A stretch of DNA of 32,712 nucleotides from a virus (IMGVR_UViG_3300046370_000342:1-32712); one strand, 5' to 3'. Shown: positions 19,101-27,995, counted from the first letter of the stretch. Translations and numbers: made by a program. Notes: generated by a model not told the origin, from the letters alone.

Positions 19101-20281
19101 CAGTCTAAGTTTCCAACACCTGAAATAACAGTCAAAGTATCTTGATTTGACAACACTGCATCGTTTTGTATAAGCGCGAAAGCAGAGTTATTAGTGTCGT
19201 ATAAATAAGATGATGTTACATTGTCTCTTGTTGTAGAAAAACCTATTGCTGTTGGAGCTTTAGTTGGAGCAGGTTTAATAACAGTAATGTTCTGCTTTTT
19301 TATATGCCCCATGTTTTTAACTACACCGTCTTTACTTATAACAAGTCTAGTATGGTGCTTTGGCGCTTTAATTGTAGATTTACCTCCACCAGATTGGCCT
19401 CTTTCAATGTTTATTTTCTTAGGTTCGTCGTGACCGTCGGTAAAATACAATAAACTATCAATAACATTTATACCTGTTATAATATTATTTTTAGGTGTAT
19501 ACACTGCGCCGGCATTTACCGCAGCTCCTGCTCCGTTAAAGTGGTTTTGTTCTATTTCTTGAGTACCAGCTCTAAAGTTTAACACTCTTTCGTCAGTAAA
19601 GCGAAGAACTACACCGTCGTCAATCATTGATGAGGTGTATATGTTTGTTACGTCTAAAACTGGCGTTATAACTACTGTTCCTGTAGAAGCGCCTATTAAA
19701 GTTGGCCAAGCAGCTTGAACTACTCTGACGTCATTGTGTGCGCCCCAAAGATCATTTCCATTAACGTCTATAGCTTGAACTCTCATGCCGGGCCTTAAAT
19801 ACAAAGGCATGTCATTTGCTAATCCAGAAATTATTGTTCCAGTAAAAGCATTTGCAGTAGCTCTAACTTCATATACATCACACAATATAGATTCTGTAAC
19901 ATTAGAGTCTGAAGATTCATTTCTAGTAAATCTAGTGATCATGTCAGACTTGTAACCTGTATATCTAGGTTTATTAAAATCTGAGTAGTCTGTGTAGCTA
20001 GTGTCAGCAACCAAGTCTGAAGCAGATCTTATAAAGTTGTATATACAATTGTTTTCGTCATCAACATAGCTACCTATAGTTTCAGCAGAACTAGACAAAG
20101 TAAAAGAGTTGTTTTCAATATCCTTATTACCTTTTATGTTTTCTACAGAGCCAACTTGACCGTCTTCAGCGTTTGAAACGCTAATGTTTAGACCATCTTT
20201 ATATTCTCCATTAGGAACTAACCTCTCGTCAAGGTCTTTGTTCATTCTACCTTTGAGAAAATTTCTACTTAACTTAGCCAT
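13196..20281 (-). CDS. Tail stabilisation/muzzle protein (crAss-like, P22 gp10-type position) with inserted C1q-like domain and C-terminal Ig/BACON-like repeats
   Basis: N-terminus NFLKGRMNKDLDERLVPNGEYKDGLN..GSVENIKGN; LLYFTDG..EPKKINI; FAYRYKY.DNEYS..SP; RLMYGNY; YQLGVVYRDAYNRQS; GDFGIGKNPESFA; GWTSFKSF; KEGKWFNYI. It follows two ring-protein genes. Confidence 0.8.
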   Translation of the reverse strand: MAKLSRNFLKGRMNKDLDERLVPNGEYKDGLNISVSNAEDGQVGSVENIKGNKDIENNSFTLSSSAETIGSYVDDENNCIYNFIRSASDLVADTSYTDYSDFNKPRYTGYKSDMITRFTRNESSDSNVTESILCDVYEVRATANAFTGTIISGLANDMPLYLRPGMRVQAIDVNGNDLWGAHNDVRVVQAAWPTLIGASTGTVVITPVLDVTNIYTSSMIDDGVVLRFTDERVLNFRAGTQEIEQNHFNGAGAAVNAGAVYTPKNNIITGINVIDSLLYFTDGHDEPKKINIERGQSGGGKSTIKAPKHHTRLVISKDGVVKNMGHIKKQNITVIKPAPTKAPTAIGFSTTRDNVTSSYLYDTNNSAFALIQNDAVLSNQDTLTVISGVGNLDWRSGDIIKITGLTSSTEVDVAYVQSTDSTTHEFIIKNIPSTYTASTAPEVWLATLYQSEEIYEDKFACFAYRYKYADNEYSVISPYSKPIFIPGKYSYDPVSGFNSGMVNNLRRIKISDYIPRDIPKDVVEVELIYRATNTGADSPAYTIKKVTMLDDEWIDSISSFHKGETIINSQVFGSTLPTAQVDRLQDAVPLKAVAQEITESRLMYGNYTENYDLIDDSKNSVKASITSSIVSEDVSSLLLTNSINTLEVSQSTSLTNSYDTLIPFNLEADGGDAGNNYNTTNYYYEAPMDGDYTFEASALWVAHNKLECDTVGTNLQRFLWIYPWAKLQLVDYDSQSTVLAEGFLDIQGDFSGGGFGQFTDTAWSSGKYNPRATGDGSSDFPYWLSTAGETPPSWSNQTITLNQTVTLSQGDKVAIKIVAQDATDNSSILPSGTTTFAYTYNTTTGGQSNLDTFEWVNNTHTSTVSNGMFKCTQAPEESSTITLTGGNLSIKSQREYQLGVVYRDAYNRQSTVLMDDRSLLKIPKSDSVNVNKIKARLNNKAPYWATHYKYFIKENTGPFYNMVMSGAYDNNDSSTLAAHIWIAFNESNKDKVKIGDFIAIKKFNGQNVAATNPNYRWKVLDISKGVPMVGEGSDETALIVNAADAVGKFFVKIANDAFTVATFGTSYPKNPNPDGGLFEVEPQERQDLDIYYEVGNAYPIRLAGDAARSFIDYGAKVNLDSIFDHAWVSGEAGVYREGSVSEIKANFNSDDVKVRQVYGAKSLGAYGINSKSNESLVRIVLNKPVNIRVPEEGSVGLSFENKNGEKVTLKLAKTALNTKTLYFVPYTHSADGVNVSSSITLPWYNCVSFGNGVESESIKDEYGLTNTIFQYSSIGKASGFNINRVFDDYKQEHKKNNIIFSQIYNETSGVNRFNEFLISEGIVKQISPEYGSIQKLYTRDFDLLAFCEKKVLKILANKDELFNADGNSQLLSSTNTLGSYFGFSGDFGIGKNPESFAVDEYRIYFVDKNRSAVLRLSGDGITEISSYGMGDWFDDHLKKSQAIIGSFDQDKGEYNITLHEVTSPNYKKNVYTLSFDESVNGWTSFKSFIKEQGVSLNNTYYTFKNGKIWSHNNDTVNRNIFYAVQYNSTVTPIINESPEVVKSFSAINYEGSQSKVNQFTTVNSGGVDYTDGQYYNLVAKNGWSVENIQTDLQEGEVSEFVNKEGKWFNYISGVSSTYTNEKDGGSTSNNIDLKEFSVQGLGFPTSISGTTTGFGHKLTVAMTESGEGWESDGYVEYNVSSKTNGSTNTFIISPLPGNSISAENFTNVSANTYVNSIAFTNTGTANTPLNTVLATINWKNITLTSDVNIDVTEAGGYNDNEFTYFLELFVNRDRTKENITITDYVPGATVDSTPIVNSNAEILQTADESNYAEFSISGSTAENVPISLFKVTMTARQDYQGTTGLHYFSTGPNMTFSQNASNANAFNIVSETVVRNSNDLITSKSFIVEYNPQANISLVDQYAVYISGGVPISGFAVFNGNELIVDNSAQEVSIPFNTNVGYRQFFAETASSDISNLTVNQESKEVVFDFGSGSGNTTHTVNLFIDWNPSTTPNDSIVVRRESGNYVNVTDGDGNSTFTLLPNGGDNASLFEENGLYYFKFSVYLYTNGSAPAVAANPGFHENPISTWLNIFAVYTTSTPNVYIARVSAKINTTGATRTDTLRLMHSDASTNQSITISQQGYDSSTHTATFDVSSVSIPKEGGSGTINITAASTNNYLPVVEPISTSSFISLGNVVDLGSGSFSIDYTAGPNGSFESNSVSLNLYHPYNFTPANTSSVLTADDTITVSQAAQPYINFEPAQAIQGIITVSSSAQTNFVINVSHNDYTAGDESAADPKFLAYNSSTEAYDIDLTQSPGVSWIPHANFDWVAAVSQIDGNGKIEFDISANSTGSERSVLIGVFHSTNSTSTPNDTITIKQPAS

Positions 20282-20286
20282 TAAAT

Positions 20287-21159
20287 TTAATGTTTAATAT
20301 GTTTAGACTTGCCTCTTAATACTTGAGATATTTCTTCAAGCTTAATATTAGATAATCTTAACTTAGCCTTTCTTGTTGCGGCTATTTTTTCTTTTCTAAA
20401 TCTTCTTACAACATACTCTGGTATTCCCGCTTGCATGTTTGCTATAGCGTAAGCCATATTTCTATACATTGCTTCTTCAGCAAACTTGTGAACTCTCATC
20501 TCGTCTTCTGTGCCAAGACCATCGCTAATGTACTTTACTATAACTGTTTGACCAGCTAGCTGAGAGCTGAAGTGTATGTAGCCTTTGTTTTCGTCAATGT
20601 AAAAATGACCGTTAGCTTGCGTTCGCTCTGGATTTATACCGTATCTTTGTCCTAAAAATAAATCGTATAATTCTTTATCGTAACTAGTAGCGTCATCATC
20701 ATTACTAGCGCTTATAGACTTATAATTGGCCCATGATTCAGATTCACTTTTCAATGTTAAATCAGTTCCGTCATCTTGGTAATCACCGTTAGCATCTTGT
20801 GATATTGCCGTTGGGTTTGAAGATTTTGTTTCAGGATACAACACTCTTTCTAAACCATCTTCTCCTACCATAGCTATTTTTACGTAGTTGACGTAGTCTT
20901 GAGGTATTATCATTTTTAAAGTGTTGGGAACTGTTATTTCTTGTGCTTTAACAGATCTTAAAGTGTCAAAACTTAGTTCTTGCAGCGCTCGCTGAGCGTG
21001 AAAAGCTATTTCTGTTCTTGAGCATTTGCCTATTAGCTTACCTTCACCAACATAAATAACTTCAAAAGCATTTATAATATTAGACAGCGAAGTAAATTGA
21101 TAGTCTCCAAACTCTGAGCCAGTGTAATAACTATTTTGTGATTCATCTATTAATGCCAT
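20287..21159 (-). CDS. Tail ring/adaptor (tubular) protein 2
   Basis: 290 aa; AQRALQELSFD, IPQDYVNYVKI, VIVKYISDG; lies between ring protein 1 and the muzzle. Confidence 0.65.
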   Translation of the reverse strand: MALIDESQNSYYTGSEFGDYQFTSLSNIINAFEVIYVGEGKLIGKCSRTEIAFHAQRALQELSFDTLRSVKAQEITVPNTLKMIIPQDYVNYVKIAMVGEDGLERVLYPETKSSNPTAISQDANGDYQDDGTDLTLKSESESWANYKSISASNDDDATSYDKELYDLFLGQRYGINPERTQANGHFYIDENKGYIHFSSQLAGQTVIVKYISDGLGTEDEMRVHKFAEEAMYRNMAYAIANMQAGIPEYVVRRFRKEKIAATRKAKLRLSNIKLEEISQVLRGKSKHIKH

Positions 21160-21162
21160 CTA

Positions 21163-21873
21163 TTATTGTTTTTCTTGTTGAATATCTTTAACCTCTTCGG
21201 TAGCTGCGGTTTGATATAAACTTGGGTCTTTCATCATTACTCCAGCTAATACTAGTATTCTATTAACTAGGTTTACTTCTTCAGATTCATGAAGCTCAAA
21301 GTTAGTAGAATTATTTGAATCATATAAAGCTGATCCACTAACAACTACATAGCTCCAAGATGCTGCAGCTGGCTTTTTAACGTAATCAACAGTTACACCG
21401 CTACCTGTAACTTGTGTTACTGAATTATCAGCGCCTCCAGTGTAAACTTTTACACCGTCTTTAGTTTTTATGTACACAGGGCGATTGTTATGAGGCCTAA
21501 GTAATGGATGACCTTTCATAGCTTCAAATTCTCTTATTGAAACGTAGTCCGCTATAGTATCATCATACTTTACGTTAGATAGTCTATAAGTATCGCCGGG
21601 CAAAGCGTAAGCGCTACCGCCATGAGATACCGCAGCGTTAAAAGTTTCAAATAAACTTATTTTGTCTTTTAAAATTTCTGTAGGATCAACTTGTTTTGGC
21701 TGACTACCTCTTGCTTGTGAAAATTGATGTTGATCGTAGAAATATTGCTCAAATATATCCATCTGAGCTTGATTGGCAAGTATGTTAAACTCTTGAGGCG
21801 TTATATAACCTCTTTGCTCTTTGTTGGCAATAGTTAATACTCTTTGATATACGGTGTTTATGTTTACAGCCAT
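21163..21873 (-). CDS. Tail ring/adaptor (tubular) protein 1
   Basis: 236 aa; ANKEQRGYITPQEFN..ANQAQ, LPGDTYRL, VDYVKKP, FELHESEE; crAss-like ring protein pattern and position. Confidence 0.7.
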   Translation of the reverse strand: MAVNINTVYQRVLTIANKEQRGYITPQEFNILANQAQMDIFEQYFYDQHQFSQARGSQPKQVDPTEILKDKISLFETFNAAVSHGGSAYALPGDTYRLSNVKYDDTIADYVSIREFEAMKGHPLLRPHNNRPVYIKTKDGVKVYTGGADNSVTQVTGSGVTVDYVKKPAAASWSYVVVSGSALYDSNNSTNFELHESEEVNLVNRILVLAGVMMKDPSLYQTAATEEVKDIQQEKQ

Positions 21874-21882
21874 CTTGTGTTT

Positions 21883-21928
21883 TTTGTAGTTAACTAGGCC
21901 ACCAATGTAGTGACCTAGCTACTACAAA
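21883..21928 (-). promoter_or_regulatory. Long RNA hairpin without a U-tract, just upstream of the ring protein 1 start
   Basis: Minus-strand RNA UUUGUAGU-AGCUAGGUCAC-(UACAUUG)-GUGGCCUAGUU-A-ACUACAAA gives 19 bp with one bulge. The two DNA mismatches are G-U pairs only in the minus-strand transcript. Confidence 0.7.
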
Positions 21929-21935
21929 TAATCAC

Positions 21936-22811
21936 CTATTTCAATCTTTTTTCAATCGAAGAAAATACTTCAACACCTTCGTCAGTTTTAAACCAAGCAG
22001 CTAGTGCTGAATATGGATTTTCATCAAAAGGAATTGTCATTAACTTTCTTCCAGTGCTAGACCAGTTGAAATGTCTTTGATCTTGCGACAAAGTTATAAT
22101 ACCTTGCTCAGCTGCTTTTACTCCAATGTTTCTTAATTGAACATTATCGTCAGAGGCGAGCTCTATGAACAAAGCAGGATTGTTTTTAGCAAACAGCATT
22201 AGATCTCTCCTAAGCTCCTTAGAACTCATCGTAGATACTTCAGATCCAACTTCTACTCTCATTACAGCTTCAGCAACATCAATATCTAAAGCTGTAGCTA
22301 AATTCATAGCATCTAGCTGCATTTCTAAAACATCTAAATCTGTTGCAGCCTCTTTAACTTTATTCACCTCTTCAAACAATATGTTTCTATGAGGGTGGTA
22401 TAATGATAAAAGTTTTTGTAAAACAACTTTGTTTTTAGGCACAAATAAAGTTCCGTTTCTAAAAACAATATGCTCTAACCTTTGGTCACCTTTCATTTCA
22501 TCAACAAAAACTGTTCGTTGATTAGATGTTAGCTTTAGTTCTCTTTCGTAACCCTTTTCTTCGTCAAACCAGAATATATCGCTTGCTCTAATAGATTTGC
22601 TTAATGGCTTTTTGCCATTTGCTAAAACATAAAGCCTGTCTTTTATCTCCCAGTTATCTTTTGTTTTGTTTTTAACCTGTAGTTTTACTTTGACAGGTTT
22701 TTCTTCTACTTGAGGTTGTTGTTGTGCAGCTTCTACCGTAGGGGTAAAGTCTTCTGGTTGCACATAATAATCCTCTTGATTGTTTTGCTCTTCTTGTTTC
22801 TTTTTTGACAT
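21936..22811 (-). CDS. Conserved capsid-adjacent protein of crAss-like structural modules, function unknown
   Basis: 291 aa immediately after the MCP; IVFRNGTLFVPK, LSLYHP, ELRRDLMLFAKNNP, LAAWFKTDEG. Confidence 0.7.
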   Translation of the reverse strand: MSKKKQEEQNNQEDYYVQPEDFTPTVEAAQQQPQVEEKPVKVKLQVKNKTKDNWEIKDRLYVLANGKKPLSKSIRASDIFWFDEEKGYERELKLTSNQRTVFVDEMKGDQRLEHIVFRNGTLFVPKNKVVLQKLLSLYHPHRNILFEEVNKVKEAATDLDVLEMQLDAMNLATALDIDVAEAVMRVEVGSEVSTMSSKELRRDLMLFAKNNPALFIELASDDNVQLRNIGVKAAEQGIITLSQDQRHFNWSSTGRKLMTIPFDENPYSALAAWFKTDEGVEVFSSIEKRLK

Positions 22812-22831
22812 AATAATATAAAATAAAAATT

Positions 22832-22866
22832 AAAAAAAAAAGATCGAGGGCCGTAGCCCCCGACCT
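22832..22866 (-). terminator. Rho-independent terminator after the major capsid gene
   Basis: Minus strand GGUCGGGGGC-UACG-GCCCUCGAUC followed by U10; 10-bp stem with two G-U pairs and a C(UACG)G tetraloop. Confidence 0.92.
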
Positions 22867-22876
22867 CATAATAACA

Positions 22877-24301
22877 TTAGTTTAACAACATGAAGTTGTT
22901 AGCACCTTGAACTACTAAACATCTTTCAGATAAGTAGTTTACTTCCATCGCATCAAGATCAGAAGTTACAGCTCCAACAGAACCAGTAACCCAAGTCTTT
23001 AATCTACGATCGTCAGTTTGAGAAGCTCTATAACGAACGTGTAAGAACGGACGCTTTAAGTTTCTACCTAACTGCTCATCATAAACTGAAGATACACCAG
23101 CAGGAACAATAACCCCGCGGACAGCGCCTACAGTGTTAAAGTCATTGATAATACCTCTAGTTGAAGCATCGTTTAGATATTTCCAGTCAGACTTATAGAA
23201 GTCATAAGAACCTCTACGGAATCCAGAGAAACCTAAGTTCAACGCCATATCAGCATCGTTGTTAAATACACCGTAAGATGTACCACCAGCGCCGTATGAG
23301 TTCATAGAAGCTAACATATCATCGATAGCTAAAGAAGTACCTCTGTTCAAGAACATCATGTTCTCTTCGATAGAACCGTTCTTATCAAACTCAGCTAGAA
23401 TAGCATCAAACTCAGCTAAATCAGTAGCAGCGTTAACACCAGTAATACCAGTTGACTCGTTACCTCTTGCTTCAAGAGCAGCGAATAAACCTTCAGTACC
23501 TTCAATTGTTCCGCCTCTATGACCGTTGAATGCAGTTGCAGTTCTTTTCTGAGACTCTACCATAGTCATTTCTAAATAATCAGTGAATCGAGCTCTAGTG
23601 TCACCTTCAGCTTTTAAATACCATAAGTAACCGTTTTGTCCTTCTTCACCAGAAACTTCAACCCAACCAATTTGAGAAGCGTCAGATCCAGAGATCTCAT
23701 ACTTATCTTTGATAATGATTGGCTTGTTGTCAAAAGACTTAAAGCCTGGAGTGTTGGCACCAGCTCTACCTTCTTGACCTTTAGCATATTCAGAACCAAA
23801 CACTAAAACTTTAGCAGTTCCTGAAGTAGGAAAGCCAGACTCAGTATTGTACTGTGATACAGAAACTTCACCGTCAGCGTCTACAGCTGTAGCGTAAGCA
23901 GTAAAAGTTTTAGTTGCAGTTGCTACCACAAGCATATCACCTGGACGAATACCGTGAGCCTTAGAAGTGTCAGCAGTTGAATAAGCAGCTGGAACAGCAC
24001 CATCAGCGTCCTTGTCTACGTTGAAAACTGGACCTGAAGCAAAAGTTACCTCGTAAGCTAAGTGCAAACGACCTTGCTCAGACCATACAACCTGATCAGC
24101 AGTCATTGACTCTTCAGCGCCAACCATTGATAAGAAGCCAGAAATAGTTCTATCACCAAAGACCTCGGCTTCTTGTTCCATAAGGTCTGGTAAGTATTGT
24201 TGTGCCCAGTCATTAGTTCCACCAGTAAAGTCAATGTAAGCAGAAGCTAACGTTTGCTTTGATGGAGCTGGAGCTGGCACGTAATTTGGAGTAATTGCCA
24301 T
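22877..24301 (-). CDS. Major capsid protein (HK97 fold, crAss-like type)
   Basis: 474 aa after portal and scaffold and followed by a strong terminator; QQYLPDL..E.EVFG.RTISGFL, WSEQGRLH, FGSEYAKG, NKPIIIKD, LNLGFSGFRRGSYDFYK, LSERCLVVQGANNF. Confidence 0.9.
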   Translation of the reverse strand: MAITPNYVPAPAPSKQTLASAYIDFTGGTNDWAQQYLPDLMEQEAEVFGDRTISGFLSMVGAEESMTADQVVWSEQGRLHLAYEVTFASGPVFNVDKDADGAVPAAYSTADTSKAHGIRPGDMLVVATATKTFTAYATAVDADGEVSVSQYNTESGFPTSGTAKVLVFGSEYAKGQEGRAGANTPGFKSFDNKPIIIKDKYEISGSDASQIGWVEVSGEEGQNGYLWYLKAEGDTRARFTDYLEMTMVESQKRTATAFNGHRGGTIEGTEGLFAALEARGNESTGITGVNAATDLAEFDAILAEFDKNGSIEENMMFLNRGTSLAIDDMLASMNSYGAGGTSYGVFNNDADMALNLGFSGFRRGSYDFYKSDWKYLNDASTRGIINDFNTVGAVRGVIVPAGVSSVYDEQLGRNLKRPFLHVRYRASQTDDRRLKTWVTGSVGAVTSDLDAMEVNYLSERCLVVQGANNFMLLN

Positions 24302-24322
24302 TGTTAAATGTTTTTAAATTAA

Positions 24323-25528
24323 TTATTTTCGTTTTGTTTTAAATTTGACTTTGAAGTCATTTGATGAATCACCAGTAACTACCTTAAACTTTTTACCACC
24401 AAGGTTTAGCTCACCATGAGATTGTCTAGGTTGCATATCGACATTCTTACTTCTAGCAATACTGTCTTTCAATGCATCGGCTTTACCTTGCTCATAAAAA
24501 TGTTGAGCGATAGCATCAGCGTTCATCGCTGTATAAAGAGACTTGTGATAACCTTTAGCATCTGATATTGTATTGTCTTCTGCCAAAAACTTTTTGACAA
24601 AGTTATTAATATCGCTTTGAGTTGTCTTAACCCCTTCTACGTCTTTAACATTAAAACGAAACTTTTTATCGCCAACTTGATATTCAAAACCTTTGAACTT
24701 CTCGTTAAACAAGTTGTTTGTTTTTTGTTGAAAAACGTTTTTCTGTTTTTGAGCCTCTTCAGACTCTTTATTATATCTATTAAAAAAGTCCATTGCTTTT
24801 TGCTGTTCTGAAGTTAATTTAGAGCCAGCCTTAATATCATCGTAATATTTGCCTTTTTGGCTTTCTAAATAATCTTTTGCATTAGCAACTTCTTCTTTAA
24901 AAGCTAATTTTTTTCTTTTAACATCTCTTTCGTCATCGATTTCTTCGTCGAAGTTAAAATTATCTTCCATTAAAAAGTTAATCTCTTCGTCTGACAAATG
25001 AGGTTTTGTTTTTTTATAGTACTCTTGAAGAGCTGTTAAATTATCCATTTTAGAATAATCTCTATTTAAAGCCACATAATCTTCAACATCGCCACCAGTC
25101 TCTTCCATAAAGTCAACTAACTTTTGAATGTTTTCTGGCAGCGGGTCTCCTGTAGCTTCAGCTTCAACTATAGCTTCTTCAACTTTATCAACAATCTGCT
25201 CAACCTCTTCTTCAGTTACTTCTTCTAGTACTGACTCTTGTGCTTTTGTTTCCTGAGATACTTCTTCTTGTTTCTCTTCGGTAACGGCACTTTCATCGCT
25301 TCCAACCACTCTTGTCTCGTCAACTGAGTCATTTTCAACTGGCTTTTCTTGACTGTCATTTGTTAAGTCTACTTTAGTTACGGTCTCTTCTTGCTCAACA
25401 ACTTCAGGCTTTTTTAAATCAAGTTTAACAGGCTCATCGCTGTTGCTGTACTTTTTAATTTTTGGTTTTTTAATAGTTTGTTTCTCTACTGTGTTATCAA
25501 CCTCTGGTTTTTCTTTCTGTTCTTCCAT
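24323..25528 (-). CDS. Capsid scaffolding-like protein
   Basis: 401 aa with a very acidic, low-complexity N-terminal half and a helical C-terminal half; located between portal and MCP. Confidence 0.7.
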   Translation of the reverse strand: MEEQKEKPEVDNTVEKQTIKKPKIKKYSNSDEPVKLDLKKPEVVEQEETVTKVDLTNDSQEKPVENDSVDETRVVGSDESAVTEEKQEEVSQETKAQESVLEEVTEEEVEQIVDKVEEAIVEAEATGDPLPENIQKLVDFMEETGGDVEDYVALNRDYSKMDNLTALQEYYKKTKPHLSDEEINFLMEDNFNFDEEIDDERDVKRKKLAFKEEVANAKDYLESQKGKYYDDIKAGSKLTSEQQKAMDFFNRYNKESEEAQKQKNVFQQKTNNLFNEKFKGFEYQVGDKKFRFNVKDVEGVKTTQSDINNFVKKFLAEDNTISDAKGYHKSLYTAMNADAIAQHFYEQGKADALKDSIARSKNVDMQPRQSHGELNLGGKKFKVVTGDSSNDFKVKFKTKRK

Positions 25529-25550
25529 AATATAAAATATAAATTAGTAA

Positions 25551-27992
25551 TTATCTAGGTTCAAATCCACCTAAATCAAATCCACCAAGTACATCATTAC
25601 CTGCAGATTCAAACTTTTTAGGTGAACCACCTGTTTTTCTTTGATCTATAAGCTCACTTTGTTGTGAAGCTTGTATTCTAGTTCTTTCGTCTTTCCTATC
25701 TTCTTTTTCAGATTCTCTAGACTTATAGCTTTCAACTTCCATTTGTTTAAGTCTCATATTCATTTCAAACTCTAACATCATCAACTGTTTTTTAAGTTCA
25801 GCGTCAGATGAGTTTTCTTGAGTTCTCAAGCTAGACTTCATTTGCTCCATTTGCATTTGCATTTGAGTTATTACTTGTTGTTTCTGAACTTCAGCTTGAG
25901 CAGCCGCTTGTTGTGCTTGAGCATTAGCCATAGCTTGAGACTGCTGCAATTGTTGTTGTTTTTCTAGGTCTGCTTTTTCTTTTCTTTTTCTTCTAAGCTT
26001 TAAAAGTTGATTAGCTAGCTTTGTGTTTCTAACGTTTCTAATATCAATAGCATCTTCTAAATCAATATTGTTTTGAGCTAGAGCTTGCTGTATATTATTT
26101 TCAAGCATTGCTTTTTCTTCTTCATCTGGCGCTAGCTCTAAAAATATACCAAAGTCATATAAGTGCAATGTAGACATCTCTTCTAGCGTAGCAACGTTAT
26201 GAGCACCTATAGCTTGAATAAACGCAAACTTAGTTGGCGAGTACTCTATTATATCAGATATTCTAAGAGACAATAGCTCACAGGCTTCTACAGTCAAGAA
26301 CATACCAGCTTGCAGTATGTGTCTTGTAGCAGTATTTGAGTTTTGAGCAGCTAGCTTTTGTAATCCAACTAAAGCATTTTTATCTGGTGTACTACCGTCA
26401 CGAGCTTCATTAAGTCCGGTCACATCCCTTATCATTTGTAGATAATAGTTGTAGTTACCTATTAACGCGTTTATCTTGTTGCCTCCACTTCCGCTTGTAA
26501 TTTCTTGAATAGGCACTTTACCTGGGTTCATATCGCCTTCTTGAGTAAACGATCTACCAATAACAGAACCTGTTTGAAAGAACATATTTAAAGCTTCCTG
26601 CGGATTATAGTTTGTACCGTTGCCTAAATCTATTTCAGCTAAACCATCAGCGTCTAAGTAAACACCATCAGGAACCATACGCGACATTACTTGCTGTAGC
26701 TTTAAGTGTGTTAACTGAATCATATCAGCAAAAGACGTAATTCTACCAACCAAAGACTCTATTTTGCCCTTGTACATTCTTGGAGCTACAATGCTATAGT
26801 TCATCTTAACTTTAGTAAAGTCACTCTTTGGCCTTAGCATGTTTTTGCATAACTCCCACTTAAGCAACTTATCTGTACCTAATATATACGCTCCGTCGTA
26901 AAGAACTTCAACGGCTCTTTGTATTTTTTGAAAATCACCCTGCATATCTTCAGGGGGATTAAACGAATCATCTTTAGGTATTGCTTTGTCAGCTCCAGTG
27001 GCTGTTTCTTTTACCTTATACACTTCGTTCATGTAGGTCTTGTAATTAAAATACAAAACTTGAACTTTGTTATTATCTAGCTCTTCATAGCTGGTATATC
27101 TACCGCTAAACTGGTTGTTGTTCTTTACTATTTCCTCTATGTCTTCTTGACTAAGATGCGGAAACTGTTTAACTAGTTCGTTTATAGGTATGTTTTTAAT
27201 TTCACCAACATAATACACGTCGTCAAAGTACGGTGAGTCTGTAAATGAGTAAACAAGATCAGCTGGATCTACATATTCAACTATTGCGCCTTCAGACGTA
27301 TTAAAGCTTGTTTTAACAGCGCCAATACCTAAAACTGTTAAATCGTAATAAAATCTACGCTTAATTAAGTCATATCTACTACCATCTAACAATACGTTTA
27401 ACGCTTGCTCTTCTGCTAGCTCTACAGCTTGTTTGTAGTTTAATTGCATGTGAAGTCCAAGCTCGTCAGTATCTTCTGGTAAAGTTTCTTTATCGTTATC
27501 ATATAAATTAATACCAAACTCCTGTTGAACTTTGTCATTAAAAGCTCTAGTATTCATATCTGACAATATAGACTCCATATACTCAGTTCTTTTACTAACA
27601 CCAAACATATCTTGAGAGTACGCTTTAACCTCATATTCTTTGTCAGACATACCATTAACAACAATATCAACAAACTTAGGTATAATTGGAACTGGCTTCC
27701 AGTCTAAGTTTAAATAGCTTAAGTCACCGTTTATAGATAACTCATCTTTGTACTTTTGTATTGATTGCTCACCTCTAGCATAAAGTCTTAGTCTATGAAA
27801 CTCTGTTTGATTACCAGAGTATCTGTTGTTAGAGCCTTGATATTTAGTTCCAACACTACCAACGTTATCATTAAACCACTCTGACTCTATAGCTTTTGCT
27901 ATTTTTAAACCGTAGTCATAGCTAATCTTTTCAAGATCGCTAACCGCTTGAGAAGGAAAATTACTTTTAATTGATCCAGCTGTATAACCCAT
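25551..27992 (-). CDS. Portal protein
   Basis: 813 aa directly after TerL; LDWKPVPIIPKFVDIVVNG, IRDVTGLNEARDGSTPD; Gln-rich C-terminal coiled-coil barrel. Confidence 0.9.
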   Translation of the reverse strand: MGYTAGSIKSNFPSQAVSDLEKISYDYGLKIAKAIESEWFNDNVGSVGTKYQGSNNRYSGNQTEFHRLRLYARGEQSIQKYKDELSINGDLSYLNLDWKPVPIIPKFVDIVVNGMSDKEYEVKAYSQDMFGVSKRTEYMESILSDMNTRAFNDKVQQEFGINLYDNDKETLPEDTDELGLHMQLNYKQAVELAEEQALNVLLDGSRYDLIKRRFYYDLTVLGIGAVKTSFNTSEGAIVEYVDPADLVYSFTDSPYFDDVYYVGEIKNIPINELVKQFPHLSQEDIEEIVKNNNQFSGRYTSYEELDNNKVQVLYFNYKTYMNEVYKVKETATGADKAIPKDDSFNPPEDMQGDFQKIQRAVEVLYDGAYILGTDKLLKWELCKNMLRPKSDFTKVKMNYSIVAPRMYKGKIESLVGRITSFADMIQLTHLKLQQVMSRMVPDGVYLDADGLAEIDLGNGTNYNPQEALNMFFQTGSVIGRSFTQEGDMNPGKVPIQEITSGSGGNKINALIGNYNYYLQMIRDVTGLNEARDGSTPDKNALVGLQKLAAQNSNTATRHILQAGMFLTVEACELLSLRISDIIEYSPTKFAFIQAIGAHNVATLEEMSTLHLYDFGIFLELAPDEEEKAMLENNIQQALAQNNIDLEDAIDIRNVRNTKLANQLLKLRRKRKEKADLEKQQQLQQSQAMANAQAQQAAAQAEVQKQQVITQMQMQMEQMKSSLRTQENSSDAELKKQLMMLEFEMNMRLKQMEVESYKSRESEKEDRKDERTRIQASQQSELIDQRKTGGSPKKFESAGNDVLGGFDLGGFEPR

Positions 27993-27995
27993 TTT

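Noticed and set aside
21883-21928. tRNA or intrinsic terminator at the intergenic hairpin
   Set aside because: It is too short for a cloverleaf and has no downstream U-tract on either strand; it is kept only as a regulatory hairpin.
25730-25990. CAA/GCT-rich low-complexity stretch in the portal gene as a separate repeat element
   Set aside because: It encodes the Gln/Ala/Met-rich coiled-coil barrel usual at podophage portal C-termini.
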